Assembly: GCA_013044245.1 (NCBI GenBank)
Contig: JABEVK010000004.1
Coordinates: 1,842-65,841, forward strand
Reading direction: 5' to 3'
Length of the DNA stretch: 64,000 nucleotides
From: Spirochaetales bacterium
Lineage (GTDB): Bacteria; Spirochaetota; Spirochaetia; JABEVK01
A model generated the notes under the pieces. The model made no database searches, had not been told where the DNA came from, and saw only the letters and a list, made by a program, of their open reading frames with translations. Numbering within the stretch: the stretch's first letter is position 1; every line of letters begins with the position of its first letter. The position numbers and the translations under genes are program-made. Positions 46,574 to 56,686 of the stretch are shown here, piece by piece.

Positions 46574-47878
46574 GTGATGAGGGCAGTAGAACTGATCTGG
46601 CAAAAGCGCCAGGGAAGTCGGCATTCCCAGCAAGATCTAGAAGGCTTCATCCAAGACTATGTTGAGGGACGACTGCCTGATTACCAAATGGCTGCATGGC
46701 TCATGGCTGTATTTTTTAAAGGCCTCGATTTTGAAGAAACCAGCTGGCTGACATCGGCCATGATGCATTCGGGTGAGGTGTTGCAATTTCCTGGGGCTTC
46801 TTTGCTCGTTGATAAGCACTCCACCGGAGGCGTTGGTGACAAAGTTTCATTGATGCTAGCACCCTTGGCAGCGGCATGCGGACTAAAGGTCCCTATGATG
46901 AGCGGCCGTTCCCTTGGGCATACCGGTGGAACTCTCGACAAACTTGAAGCTATTCCCGGTTACCGAACTTCGCTGACGCCTTCCGAAATGGCGGCAGGAT
47001 TGGCAAAAAATGGGTATTTTATGACGGGTCAAACACAAACCGTCGTTCCTGCCGACCGGCTAATGTATGCCTTACGTGATGTTACTGCGACCGTGGAATC
47101 TATACCGCTCATCACTGCCAGTATCCTTTCGAAAAAGTTGGCTGAAGGTGCCTCTTCGTTGGTCTTTGACGTCAAAGTGGGCAGTGGGGCCTTTATGAAA
47201 ACTTTGCCCCAAGCACGTGCTTTAGGCCAAAGTTTGGTTCAAACTGCTCACGCCCTTGGTCGTCGCGCCGTTGCGGTTCTGACCTCCATGAACGTACCTT
47301 TAGGCCGTATGGTCGGCAATTTTTTAGAGGTCGAAGAGGCCTACGAGTTTCTTCACAACCGCTACGAACCCGATTTAGGCGAGGTTACTTTTCGCTTGGT
47401 GGGGTGGATGCTTTTTTTGGGTGGGTTGGTCGAATCTGTTGACCAAGGCATTGAGTTGGCAATAGCAAAGCTTCAGGAGGGTACGCCTTTACAGCTTTTT
47501 CGTCAAAACGTCCTCGACCAAGGAGGCAATTGGTCGTTACTGGAGCAACAAATCGGTAATCGCCGAGCGCCAGTTGTTCTCGATTTCTTGGCTCCTAGCG
47601 ATGGGTTTTTTGCTGAAGTTGATACGCAAGTTTGCGGGTTGGTAGCCACGGGACTCGGTGCTGGTAGAAGTCAGAAAGAGGATATTCTTAGCCCCGAAGC
47701 GGGCCTCGAGTGGTTGTTAAAACCAGGGCGGACCGTGAAAAAAGGGGATGTTCTTGCCAAAATATGGACAGACCATGAAGCAAAAGCGGCTCAGGCTTTG
47801 TCTCGTTTAGAACAAGCTTGCCGCTTTGAACAAAAAGCGCCAGAGCAGGAGAAGCTCATTCTTGAGGAATTATACTAG
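46574..47878 (+). CDS. pdp: pyrimidine-nucleoside (thymidine) phosphorylase
   Basis: DKHSTGGVGDK and SGRSLGHTGGTLDKLE are the glycosyl-transferase family 3 phosphorylase signatures. Confidence 0.85.
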   Translation: MMRAVELIWQKRQGSRHSQQDLEGFIQDYVEGRLPDYQMAAWLMAVFFKGLDFEETSWLTSAMMHSGEVLQFPGASLLVDKHSTGGVGDKVSLMLAPLAAACGLKVPMMSGRSLGHTGGTLDKLEAIPGYRTSLTPSEMAAGLAKNGYFMTGQTQTVVPADRLMYALRDVTATVESIPLITASILSKKLAEGASSLVFDVKVGSGAFMKTLPQARALGQSLVQTAHALGRRAVAVLTSMNVPLGRMVGNFLEVEEAYEFLHNRYEPDLGEVTFRLVGWMLFLGGLVESVDQGIELAIAKLQEGTPLQLFRQNVLDQGGNWSLLEQQIGNRRAPVVLDFLAPSDGFFAEVDTQVCGLVATGLGAGRSQKEDILSPEAGLEWLLKPGRTVKKGDVLAKIWTDHEAKAAQALSRLEQACRFEQKAPEQEKLILEELY

Positions 47879-50011
47879 ATGAAAGTTGAAAAACGTCAGC
47901 ACTGGAGCAAAAAACCGCTTGATTCCGCCGAGGTTAAGCAGATGGCAGTTCGCTACGGTCTTAGCCTGTTGGAGGCATCCATTTTGCTGCGACGGGGGAT
48001 CACGGAAGGAAAAGACCTTCTCTTTTATCTCGAAGACGATTTACGTTTTCTTCACAATCCGTTTTTGTTTGCTTCCATGGAAGATGCTGTGGATCGCCTT
48101 TTAGCGGCTCAAGAAGAAAAAGAACAAGTTTTTGTTTTTGGTGACCGTGATGTCGATGGGGTGAGTGCCACGGTGTTGTTGGTCGAGGCCTTGCACGAAT
48201 TGGGGTTAAAACCGGAATGGAAGGTTCCTGAAGGCGAAGAGACCTATGGTTTATCTGAAAGCGTCATTGCCCTTGCTGTCGAAAAAGAATGTACTTTGTT
48301 GGTCACGGTGGATTGTGGAATTTCGAATGCTGCGGAAATTGCCAAAGCCCGACAAGCGGGAATAGATGTGATTGTTTTAGATCACCATGTTTCTCCCGAA
48401 GACCTGCCTCTGGCCATGGCCATTCTTGATCCGAAGATTCCTGAAGAATCCTATCCCTTTCCGTATCTATCGGCGACAGCCGTTGTCAGCAAACTAGTCT
48501 GGGCGTTACGTTTTGCACAAACCCCCCTATATAATCAGCGGCTTTGCCTGTTGAATGTCCGTCAAGGCGAGGACGGATTGACGGTTGAGGCCTGCCATCT
48601 GGTCAATTTGCTGGTGAAAAAGCGTCTGTGCCTGGTTTTTACTTCCGAAACCCCCCGTTCAACGGCAGCCCTGTTGGCCGAGTTCCTCCAAGATCAAGAA
48701 ATTTATGTCTGGGACTCTGGTCAACAAACGGCTTTATTGAAACAGATTTTTGGGGCAAGGGCCTTGATTAGCCTTTTTGATATGGCTCCTGGTATCTTGC
48801 AAGCTTTTCCTGGTCTTAAAAGTCTGACGCTCCCCGAGGTCTTGGCTAAAAGTCGCCTCCCCCGGTATTTTCCTGATACTGAACCGTTAGATATTCTGGT
48901 CAGCTTATTCATCAGCTCGGTACATAAAAAATTTCCTCCGCTTGGTAGCGAATTTACTTCTGTTTTAGATCTGGTAGGGTTGTCGACGTTGGCCGATATG
49001 ATGCCGCTTGAAGGCGAAAATCGTATTCTGGTGCGCTTGGGAATGCAGTCCCTGAACAAATCGACACGCCCCGGGCTTCGTAGCCTGCTGATGAAACTCA
49101 AACTCCTGGGACATCCCCTGTCGACCACCGAGGTGTCTTGGCAGGTAACTCCTGTTTTAAATGCGGCAGGAAGGTTAGGGGAACCTGCCTCGGCGATAGA
49201 TCTGTTTTTAACAGGCGAGGAAGAAAAGCGTAAGCTCTTGGCCGATCGGTTAGAGGAGCTAAATCAAGAACGCAAAGCTCTCAGCCAAACCGCTTGGACT
49301 GATATTCTTCCGCAAGCTCGCCAATTCTGGGAGGCCTCGGGAGAACGCTTTGCTTTGGTGCACGACGCGCGTGTGCCTAAGGGAATTACCGGAATTCTTG
49401 CTTCGCGGCTCATGAACACTTTGGGAGTTCCCGCTCTCGTCATGACCGAGCAAAGAAATAAAACAATAGGCTCGTTGCGAACTAATCGCGGTTTCGAGAC
49501 TAGACGATTTCTCGATGCCTTTGCTGACCTTTTCATCGATTATGGGGGGCATGCACAAGCGGCTGGATTTCAAATGCTGAGTTCCAATTTGGAAGAGTTT
49601 AAAAGCCGACTTTCATCAATGCTTCCACAATTCGCGCTCACCGATAAAACAGACCTGACCTTAGATTTGGATGCTGAGATTCCGTTAAATATGTTGACCG
49701 CAGATCTCATCAAGATTGTCGATTATTTTGAACCCTATGGCGAAGGCAATCGACCACTGATATTTTCGACGAAAGGCTTACGGGTTTTGGACGCCGACTT
49801 GGTAGGGAAATCTGGGGCCCAGCACCTCAAAATGACGCTCGACGCGGGAACTGCAAAATGGCCAGCCATTTGGTGGAATGCACTGGAATTTCTCCCTTCA
49901 GCGAAGGTAGTCTCCGGTTCTATCGTGAATATCGCTTACCAGGTCGGACGAAACTATTTTTATGGTCAAGAATCCTTGCAACTGACAATTTTAGATTTAG
50001 AAATGGTATAG
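47879..50011 (+). CDS. recJ: single-stranded-DNA-specific exonuclease RecJ
   Basis: DHH motifs (GDRDVDGVSA, VLDHH) and DHHA1 (GGHAQAAG). Length is 710 aa. Confidence 0.85.
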   Translation: MKVEKRQHWSKKPLDSAEVKQMAVRYGLSLLEASILLRRGITEGKDLLFYLEDDLRFLHNPFLFASMEDAVDRLLAAQEEKEQVFVFGDRDVDGVSATVLLVEALHELGLKPEWKVPEGEETYGLSESVIALAVEKECTLLVTVDCGISNAAEIAKARQAGIDVIVLDHHVSPEDLPLAMAILDPKIPEESYPFPYLSATAVVSKLVWALRFAQTPLYNQRLCLLNVRQGEDGLTVEACHLVNLLVKKRLCLVFTSETPRSTAALLAEFLQDQEIYVWDSGQQTALLKQIFGARALISLFDMAPGILQAFPGLKSLTLPEVLAKSRLPRYFPDTEPLDILVSLFISSVHKKFPPLGSEFTSVLDLVGLSTLADMMPLEGENRILVRLGMQSLNKSTRPGLRSLLMKLKLLGHPLSTTEVSWQVTPVLNAAGRLGEPASAIDLFLTGEEEKRKLLADRLEELNQERKALSQTAWTDILPQARQFWEASGERFALVHDARVPKGITGILASRLMNTLGVPALVMTEQRNKTIGSLRTNRGFETRRFLDAFADLFIDYGGHAQAAGFQMLSSNLEEFKSRLSSMLPQFALTDKTDLTLDLDAEIPLNMLTADLIKIVDYFEPYGEGNRPLIFSTKGLRVLDADLVGKSGAQHLKMTLDAGTAKWPAIWWNALEFLPSAKVVSGSIVNIAYQVGRNYFYGQESLQLTILDLEMV

Positions 50012-50012
50012 A

Positions 50013-50987
50013 TTGGGGGACGCGATGAAACGCTTCTTTGCCGTGTTTTTTGGCTGTTTGCTCTTTTGGGGAGGAACTCTGTGGGGGCAATCCAACCTCT
50101 GGGTGCCTTCAAGTTTGCAAGCAGGTCAAGCCGCCGCTGTCTTGGTATGGAACGGAACTTTGTCCCCAGGGTTTCGTGTTACCATCATATCTGAAAGAGG
50201 GAAAACCTTATACTCTGCCCATTCCTTCCCCTTACCTCCCGAGATGAATTCCCAAGTGGGGGTAGCGAACCTTCAAGCGGCCTTACTTGCCGTGGACGCC
50301 ATGACTCCTTCCCAGCACGCCTTTCTCAAAGTTAGCGATGCACGGGGAACAGCCTACGAGTTCGCGTTACCTATTCAGGCAGGCCAGTTTCCGCGGGAGA
50401 TTCTTCACTTGAACCGAGCAATGTCAAACTTACGCGAGAAGCCCAGTCCTGTGGTTCATGAACAAGCGGTTTCGATCTGGGACATCTATTTAGCAGTACA
50501 CCCCCAGGCCATTTTTCAAGATCAGTCTTGGTGTCTTCCCGTAAAGGGGCACCCCCCCATTTCGTCACCCTTTGGTGATACCCGTACCTTTATCTACACG
50601 GATGGCAATGAAGCCTCAACCTATCATACGGGAATTGACTTTGCCGTCGTGCAAGGAACCCCCGTTTGGTCTTGTGGAGCAGGAAAGGTCCTGCTTTCAC
50701 AAAATCGCAAACTGACCGGCGAAACGGTAGTGATTGAGCATTGGCCGGGAGTTTACAGTGATTACTTTCACTTGAGTAAACGTTTAGTAGAGGTAGGCCA
50801 AATTGTTCAACAAAACCAGTTGGTTGGGTATTCGGGGGCAACAGGCTTGGTGACAGGGCCCCATCTGCACTGGGAGGTGCGCGTTCACGGGATTCCCGTC
50901 AATGGAGAGAATTTAGTCCATCGTCATCTTCTTGACAAATCTTGGATTCTCGCTAAAATTGGCTCTGCCGATAGGAAGAGGGGGTGA
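50013..50987 (+). CDS. M23 (LytM-type) peptidoglycan endopeptidase, secreted
   Basis: Signal peptide; HTGIDFAV...GTPV and [15 protein letters not shown] are M23 metal-binding motifs. Confidence 0.75.
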   Translation: MGDAMKRFFAVFFGCLLFWGGTLWGQSNLWVPSSLQAGQAAAVLVWNGTLSPGFRVTIISERGKTLYSAHSFPLPPEMNSQVGVANLQAALLAVDAMTPSQHAFLKVSDARGTAYEFALPIQAGQFPREILHLNRAMSNLREKPSPVVHEQAVSIWDIYLAVHPQAIFQDQSWCLPVKGHPPISSPFGDTRTFIYTDGNEASTYHTGIDFAVVQGTPVWSCGAGKVLLSQNRKLTGETVVIEHWPGVYSDYFHLSKRLVEVGQIVQQNQLVGYSGATGLVTGPHLHWEVRVHGIPVNGENLVHRHLLDKSWILAKIGSADRKRG

Positions 50988-51202
50988 TTACCATAGCCGT
51001 CATTACCGTTGACGACAACGAAGTGCTGGAAAAAGCCATCAAGCGTTTTAAGCGGATGGTTGAAAAAGAAGGGATTATCCGTGAGTGGAAAAAACGCGAA
51101 TATTTTGAAAAGCCCTCTACGATCAATAATCGGAAGAAAAAAGCACTTGAGCGAAAGCAGTTGAAAAAGCTCCGCAAGATTCAACAATCTACCCGCGGTT
51201 GA
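50984..51202 (+). CDS. rpsU: 30S ribosomal protein S21
   Basis: [31 protein letters not shown]...RKKK is the S21 signature. The start overlaps the M23 stop. Confidence 0.75.
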   Translation: MITIAVITVDDNEVLEKAIKRFKRMVEKEGIIREWKKREYFEKPSTINNRKKKALERKQLKKLRKIQQSTRG

Positions 51203-51223
51203 GTTCAATTTTTGAGAAGAAAT

Positions 51224-51255
51224 AGCCGAACGGTTTACCGTCGGCTTTTTTTTTC
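51224..51255 (+). terminator. rho-independent terminator after rpsU
   Basis: AGCCGAaCGG-tttac-CGTCGGCT stem (one bulge) followed by T9. Confidence 0.55.
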
Positions 51256-51272
51256 TTTGAGAGGATTTTGCT

Positions 51273-51689
51273 TTGATATTGAAACCGAGTTTGTTTTTAA
51301 TACAATTTGCTGTCTTGATAGCAACAATAGCGGCACAAACGGCCCCAACCGTTAGCCCTACGGCAACCCCCACGCCTTCAGCCTCTGATCTTTCGACCCC
51401 TTTAGGGTTAAGCGGGGCATTAAAGAGTTTTCCTGACGAATTGATTATCGTTGATGTTCGGTCTGAAAACGCTTTTTGGCAAGGTCACCTTCCTCAGGCG
51501 GTAAATATCCCGTTAGGATTTCTCTGGTATCAGCACCCGAGTCGAAATCTTGATAGTTTTATTGTCGTTTATGGTCAACCCGCTTCATCAGATTCGAGAA
51601 AAGCGGCAGAAATTCTTCGTTTGCAAGGTTATCACCATGTAATCAATTTCGGTTCCATTTCCAAATGGAATGGGCCTTTGCAAAAGTAA
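51273..51689 (+). CDS. secreted rhodanese-homology-domain protein lacking the catalytic Cys
   Basis: Signal peptide with a Thr/Pro-rich linker, then the rhodanese fold (IIVDVRSENAFWQGHLP...VVYGQPASS). Gly sits where the active-site Cys is expected. Confidence 0.5.
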   Translation: MILKPSLFLIQFAVLIATIAAQTAPTVSPTATPTPSASDLSTPLGLSGALKSFPDELIIVDVRSENAFWQGHLPQAVNIPLGFLWYQHPSRNLDSFIVVYGQPASSDSRKAAEILRLQGYHHVINFGSISKWNGPLQK

Positions 51690-51742
51690 GCCCACGCCAT
51701 CGGCAAAGGCGTAAATAGCGTTAAAAAGGTTAGGTATTTCCC

Positions 51743-54646
51743 ATGTCTGAAAAATTCTCACGACTCTCTTCTCAGCTGTATGGCTTTAGTTGCAAGGCTG
51801 TCGATGAACTTTCAGAATTTAATGGGCGCGGTGTTTTGTATGTCCACGAAAAAACTGGTTTGACAGTTTATCATCTTGAGACTGCTGACCCCGAAAACCT
51901 AGCCTCTTTCGTGTTTCGGACACTGCCAGAAGATGACACCGGCGTCGCTCACATTCTTGAACATACCGTCTTATGTGGATCGCAAAAATATCCGACGAAA
52001 GATCCCTTTCTTTATTTAGCAAAAAGCAGTCTGAATACGTTTTTGAATGCCATGACCTATCCGGATAAAACAGTGTATCCGGTAGCTTCTGTCGTTCCTA
52101 AAGATTTCTACAATTTATTTCGAGTCTACGCCGACGCAGTTTTTTTTCCTTTATTGAAGCCTGCCGCCTTTCGCCAAGAAGGGCATCGCTTGGAATGGGA
52201 TCATCAGGGTGGTCTTCAGCGCTCAGGTGTTGTTCTCAACGAGATGAAGGGCAACTATTCCAGCCCAGAATCGGTTATCTACGATGCTGTTCAGCGTTCT
52301 TTATTTGACGAGGGACCTTATCATTTTGACTCTGGCGGCGATCCTCACGCGATTCCTGATATAACCCACGAGGGATTGGTCAAATTTCATCAAAAACATT
52401 ATCACCCTTCGTATTGCTTGGTCTTTTTGTATGGAAACCTTCCCGTGCGCCAGGCGCTTAAAATTCTCAGCCGTGAAGTTCTCCCCTCCTTTCAAATACG
52501 CCCTCTTCCTGAACCTTTCCCGCTTCAAAAACGGCGACAAGAGCGACGTATTGTTGAAACAGTTTACCCCGGCTCGGAAGAGGAACCGGGAACAGTGGCT
52601 TTGGCCTGGCTTACCGAAGATATTTTAGATTTTCAAACCATTTTGGTTCTCGAGGTCCTTACCGAGGCTTTGCTTGGAGACGGCGGACTTCTTCAGAAAG
52701 CGTTATTGGAAGCAGGGCTGGGAGAAGATCTATCTCCGGTCAGCGGGTTAGAAACCGATTTGCGCGAGGTGGTTTTCTCGGTAGGGATGCGTGGAGTTCC
52801 TGCAGAACAGGCCACTCAGTGGGAAGCCTTTGTTTTAGATCAACTTTCAGTGTGGGCGCATGAGGGCTTGCCTCAAGAATTGCTCGAAGCTGTTATTGCT
52901 AGCTATGAGTTTTCGTTGCGCGAACTTCGGGCGGGGGGAATGGGCCTAAGATACCTTCGCCGCTTGATGCGCACTTGGCTTCATGGTGCTTCTCCCCGCG
53001 ACAGCCTTATTATCGCGGAACGCCTTCAATTGCTCAAAGACCAATTGAGTCAAGGCCTGCCGGTTTTTCAACAAGTTCTAAAAAAGTATTTGTTAGAGAA
53101 CCCTCATCGTACTCTGGTGATTTGCCGCCCTGATCCTGCAGTTTTTCAACAAGATGAGGAGCTCGAAAAGGAACAATTGGCGGAATTACGCATGAAGCTG
53201 ACTGAAGCAGAAATTGAACAGTTAAAAATTGAACAAGAAGAGGTGCGTCAATTTCAAGAACTGCCCGATTCTCCTCAAGCGGTAGCTACTTTGCCCAGTT
53301 TGACCTTGCGAGATATCCCGCGAAAAGTAGATATTCCGGTTTCGTCGTGGGAAACCCAACAACCTTTTCCGTTTTGGGTCCATGAAACCTTCACCAACGA
53401 AATAGCCTATGCCGATGTCGGGTTTGACTTGAGTCACCTTACTCCTGACGATTGGTTGGTCCTTCCGTTCTGGCTTCGCTGTCTAGATAGTTTAGGGACA
53501 AAAGAGCTCTCGTACGATCTGTTAGCCAGGCAATTGGCGTTGCACACGGGGGGCTTCTCTGCACGCGCAACCGCTGATCGTCCCTTGGGACATCGCCCCG
53601 AAGAACGTCGTCTTTGGATGCGCTTTCGGATGCTGGATGAAAAAATCGAGAATGCCTTTGATCTGATCGAAACGTTGCTCAAGACTTTGGCATGGCAAAA
53701 CGAAAGCCGTCTCAAAGAGCTGCTGTTAGAAATGGTGAATGATTGGAATTCGTCTTTGGTGCCCCGGGGGCATGTTTTTGCCTCATACCGCAGTGCGGCT
53801 GGGTTTTCTCCATCGACGCAGATCACAGAATTGACCGGGGGATTAAGTCAGCTGGATTTTTTGAATACTCTTGATTTGACTCCTCCTGGAGTGTCACGTC
53901 TAAGTCAGCAGTGCGAGAATCTTACTCAGCGTATCTTGAGTACAAGCCAGGCTGTGGGTGGTGTTACTGGTAACCGTAACGCGATAAACAGGATGCTCAA
54001 GCGTTTTCAGTCATGGCCGGAGTTGTTTTCCGAGCGACATCTTTCAAATCTTGTAGAATTTCCTCATTTTTCTTCTGTACAGACGCGAAGGAACATACCT
54101 AGTACCGTTGGGTTTCATTCGCTAACTTTACCGGCTTCGCGGCTGGGAGAGGTGGGTCATGAAGCTGAATTGGTTTTGGGGCACCTTTTGCAGACTGGGG
54201 TATTATGGGAAGAAATTCGGATGAAGGGTGGAGCGTATGGCGTTTTTGCTTCACAAAGTTCGTTAGAAGGACTGATTACTTTAGCCACCTTCCGCGACCC
54301 TCGTGAGCAAGAATCCTTTGCAGCTTTCCGGTATGGGCTGGAGTTTTATCGGGACCATCCCCTCGAGCAACAAGACCTATCGAATGCTATTTTAGGCGCG
54401 ATTAGCGGTGATCTAACGCCACGCTCGCCTTCTGAACGCGGTTTTCTGGGCCTTCAGCGTTCGTTGCTAGGTATTACCGACGGCCTGCGACAACAAAAAC
54501 GTGACCGTATGAAGGACCTTAAACCGAAAGATATACGCAAAGCTGCCGAGCGCCTGATAGCCTCCTGGGATCAAGGGGCTAAGTTTTCCTTAGTACCGCA
54601 GACGGGGGACAAGGGTGTACCACCGGTTGAAGTCCAGGCCCGATGA
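51743..54646 (+). CDS. M16C-family (PreP-like) zinc metallopeptidase
   Basis: HILEHTVLCGSQKYP is the inverted zincin HxxEH motif. The 967-aa length is typical of PreP/pitrilysin-like peptidases. Confidence 0.8.
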   Translation: MSEKFSRLSSQLYGFSCKAVDELSEFNGRGVLYVHEKTGLTVYHLETADPENLASFVFRTLPEDDTGVAHILEHTVLCGSQKYPTKDPFLYLAKSSLNTFLNAMTYPDKTVYPVASVVPKDFYNLFRVYADAVFFPLLKPAAFRQEGHRLEWDHQGGLQRSGVVLNEMKGNYSSPESVIYDAVQRSLFDEGPYHFDSGGDPHAIPDITHEGLVKFHQKHYHPSYCLVFLYGNLPVRQALKILSREVLPSFQIRPLPEPFPLQKRRQERRIVETVYPGSEEEPGTVALAWLTEDILDFQTILVLEVLTEALLGDGGLLQKALLEAGLGEDLSPVSGLETDLREVVFSVGMRGVPAEQATQWEAFVLDQLSVWAHEGLPQELLEAVIASYEFSLRELRAGGMGLRYLRRLMRTWLHGASPRDSLIIAERLQLLKDQLSQGLPVFQQVLKKYLLENPHRTLVICRPDPAVFQQDEELEKEQLAELRMKLTEAEIEQLKIEQEEVRQFQELPDSPQAVATLPSLTLRDIPRKVDIPVSSWETQQPFPFWVHETFTNEIAYADVGFDLSHLTPDDWLVLPFWLRCLDSLGTKELSYDLLARQLALHTGGFSARATADRPLGHRPEERRLWMRFRMLDEKIENAFDLIETLLKTLAWQNESRLKELLLEMVNDWNSSLVPRGHVFASYRSAAGFSPSTQITELTGGLSQLDFLNTLDLTPPGVSRLSQQCENLTQRILSTSQAVGGVTGNRNAINRMLKRFQSWPELFSERHLSNLVEFPHFSSVQTRRNIPSTVGFHSLTLPASRLGEVGHEAELVLGHLLQTGVLWEEIRMKGGAYGVFASQSSLEGLITLATFRDPREQESFAAFRYGLEFYRDHPLEQQDLSNAILGAISGDLTPRSPSERGFLGLQRSLLGITDGLRQQKRDRMKDLKPKDIRKAAERLIASWDQGAKFSLVPQTGDKGVPPVEVQAR

Positions 54647-54676
54647 CGGTAAGATAACAGCTGAGGAGTGGTAGTT

Positions 54677-55423
54677 ATGTATAAAATTGTCCTGATGCGC
54701 CACGGTGAAAGCCTGTGGAACCAGAAAAACCTTTTTACTGGCTGGGTGGACGTTGATCTGGCTCCCGCCGGAGTGCAAGAAGCTATCGAAGCAGGTGATA
54801 TTCTCAAAAAAGAGGGCTATGTCTTCGATTTAGCTTACAGCTCAATGCTTCGTCGAGCCAATAAGACGCTCAATACGGTTTTGGATCAAATGGATCTTTT
54901 GTGGATTCCCGTCAAGAAGACTTGGCGGCTGAATGAACGACATTATGGAGCCCTCCAGGGACTCGATAAGGCTGAAACTTTGGCCAAGTATGGCGATGAC
55001 CTCTTTAAACAGTGGCGACGTTCCTATGATGTGCCGCCTCCGGCCCTTGAAAAATCGAGTGCTATGTACCCGGCTAAGGATCCCCGCTACGCCAATATTC
55101 CTGCTGATGAAGTTCCTGCCACCGAGTGTCTCAAAGATTGTGTGGCTCGCGTTCTGCCGTACTGGCAAGTCGAAATTGCCCCTCAGATCCTCTCGGGAAA
55201 AAAGATCATCATTGGTGCCCATGGCAATTCTCTTCGGGCTCTGCTTAAGTATCTTAAAAACATTTCAGAAAAAGATATTGCGGAACTCAACATTCCCACA
55301 GCCGTTCCCTTGGTTTTGGAGCTAGATGAAAATCTGCACTATATTCGTGATTACTACTTAGGCGATCAAGTCAAGATTCAGGCTAAAATCGCTGGTGTTG
55401 CTGCTCAAGGGCAAAAAAAATAA
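54677..55423 (+). CDS. gpmA: 2,3-bisphosphoglycerate-dependent phosphoglycerate mutase
   Basis: [28 protein letters not shown] is a near-canonical GpmA N-terminus (RHGES catalytic His). Confidence 0.9.
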   Translation: MYKIVLMRHGESLWNQKNLFTGWVDVDLAPAGVQEAIEAGDILKKEGYVFDLAYSSMLRRANKTLNTVLDQMDLLWIPVKKTWRLNERHYGALQGLDKAETLAKYGDDLFKQWRRSYDVPPPALEKSSAMYPAKDPRYANIPADEVPATECLKDCVARVLPYWQVEIAPQILSGKKIIIGAHGNSLRALLKYLKNISEKDIAELNIPTAVPLVLELDENLHYIRDYYLGDQVKIQAKIAGVAAQGQKK

Positions 55424-55430
55424 CGTAATT

Positions 55431-55462
55431 CTGTCGGTTTGACCTCAAGCCGACGGATTTTT
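55431..55462 (+). terminator. possible rho-independent terminator after gpmA
   Basis: CTGTCGG ... CCGACGG 7-bp stem (one G-U pair) with a 12-nt loop, then ATTTTT. Confidence 0.35.
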
Positions 55463-55498
55463 CTTGCCTTAACGTTAAATGTTTCCGACTTTTGTTTC

Positions 55499-56683
55499 AT
55501 GAAAGCAATTCTTACTGTTCTGCTTGTTATTTTTCTTGATTTGCTCGGTTTCAGTTTTATAGTTCCCTTTTTGCCTGATTATGTCGCTCACTTGGGTGGC
55601 TCTCCGCTGTGGTTTAGCTGGATTCTCGGCGCCTATTCCATTGGTCAGTTTATCATGGCACCGGTATGGGGGCGATGGTCCGACAAAGTGGGCCGCAAAC
55701 CCGTTCTTTTGATCAGCACGCTGGGAAGTACTTTAGCTTGGACTTCATTGGCCTTAGTTCATTCGTTAGTCTTTTTGCTCATTATTCGCTTCATTGCCGG
55801 TTTGATGAGTGCCAATTTCACTGTTGCCCAATCGTATATTGTGGACGTCTCCCCGCCAGAAAAACGAACTGCCAATTTGGGCCTGACGGGCATGGCCTTT
55901 GGAGTGGGGTTTATTTTGGGCCCCCCCACTGGTGGATTTTTATACCTTTTAGGACCTGCCGCCCCCTTTTGGGGTTCAGCGCTCTTAGCCGCTTCCGCTT
56001 TGACCCTAGTCATTATCGCTGTTCCTGAGTCCAAGAATAAAATCGCTTCACGCCGACGAGTCGCTGGAAAATCGCTAGTAGAATTTTTAAAAGATCCGAG
56101 CTTGCGGGGAATTCTTTTGGTAAACTTGGGATTTTCGCTGGCATTTAGCTTGTTTCAATCGATGTTTTCGCAAGTGTCGATACTGCAATTGCATTTTGCG
56201 CCCTGGCAAATTGGCGCTACTTTAGCCTTTGCTGGAGTGTTGATTGCCCTAACCCAAGGGGGAGGCCTCCGCTTTTTGGTCAAACGCTACGCGGAACGTC
56301 CTTTGATGTGGGTGTCGTTGTTTCTTTGCGGGTTAGGGCTATTACTCTGGGGTGTCTCCACGCTCAGTGTCGAGCTGTTGTTGGCCTTGGTACCCATCAG
56401 TTTGGGCGGAGGCATTGCCATGGTGTTGATTCGTTCCCTTTTAACCAAGTCGGTCCCTGACCATGAGGTAGGAACAGCGTTAGGGATTTCGTCTTCCTTG
56501 GATAGCTTTTCCCGGGTAGTCGGGCCCTTGTTAGGGGGCGTATTGGTGTCGTTCAGTGCTATGCTTCCTGGTTTGCTTTCAGGAGCCATGATTTTATTGA
56601 GTGGTCTTTTAGGGGTTATACTTTGGGGTTGGAAGAGCAAAGCCTCAGCCGAGCCAGCGCCCGCTGAGGCCTCAGAATCGTAA
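55499..56683 (+). CDS. MFS transporter (TetA-like drug:H+ antiporter family)
   Basis: Twelve predicted TM helices and an MFS loop motif GRWSDKVGRKPVLL. Confidence 0.75.
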   Translation: MKAILTVLLVIFLDLLGFSFIVPFLPDYVAHLGGSPLWFSWILGAYSIGQFIMAPVWGRWSDKVGRKPVLLISTLGSTLAWTSLALVHSLVFLLIIRFIAGLMSANFTVAQSYIVDVSPPEKRTANLGLTGMAFGVGFILGPPTGGFLYLLGPAAPFWGSALLAASALTLVIIAVPESKNKIASRRRVAGKSLVEFLKDPSLRGILLVNLGFSLAFSLFQSMFSQVSILQLHFAPWQIGATLAFAGVLIALTQGGGLRFLVKRYAERPLMWVSLFLCGLGLLLWGVSTLSVELLLALVPISLGGGIAMVLIRSLLTKSVPDHEVGTALGISSSLDSFSRVVGPLLGGVLVSFSAMLPGLLSGAMILLSGLLGVILWGWKSKASAEPAPAEASES

Positions 56684-56686
56684 TTG

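Noticed and set aside
50924-51373. 149-aa minus-strand ORF spanning rpsU and the rhodanese-like gene
   Set aside because: Antisense to two supported genes and the intervening terminator. Composition is biased.
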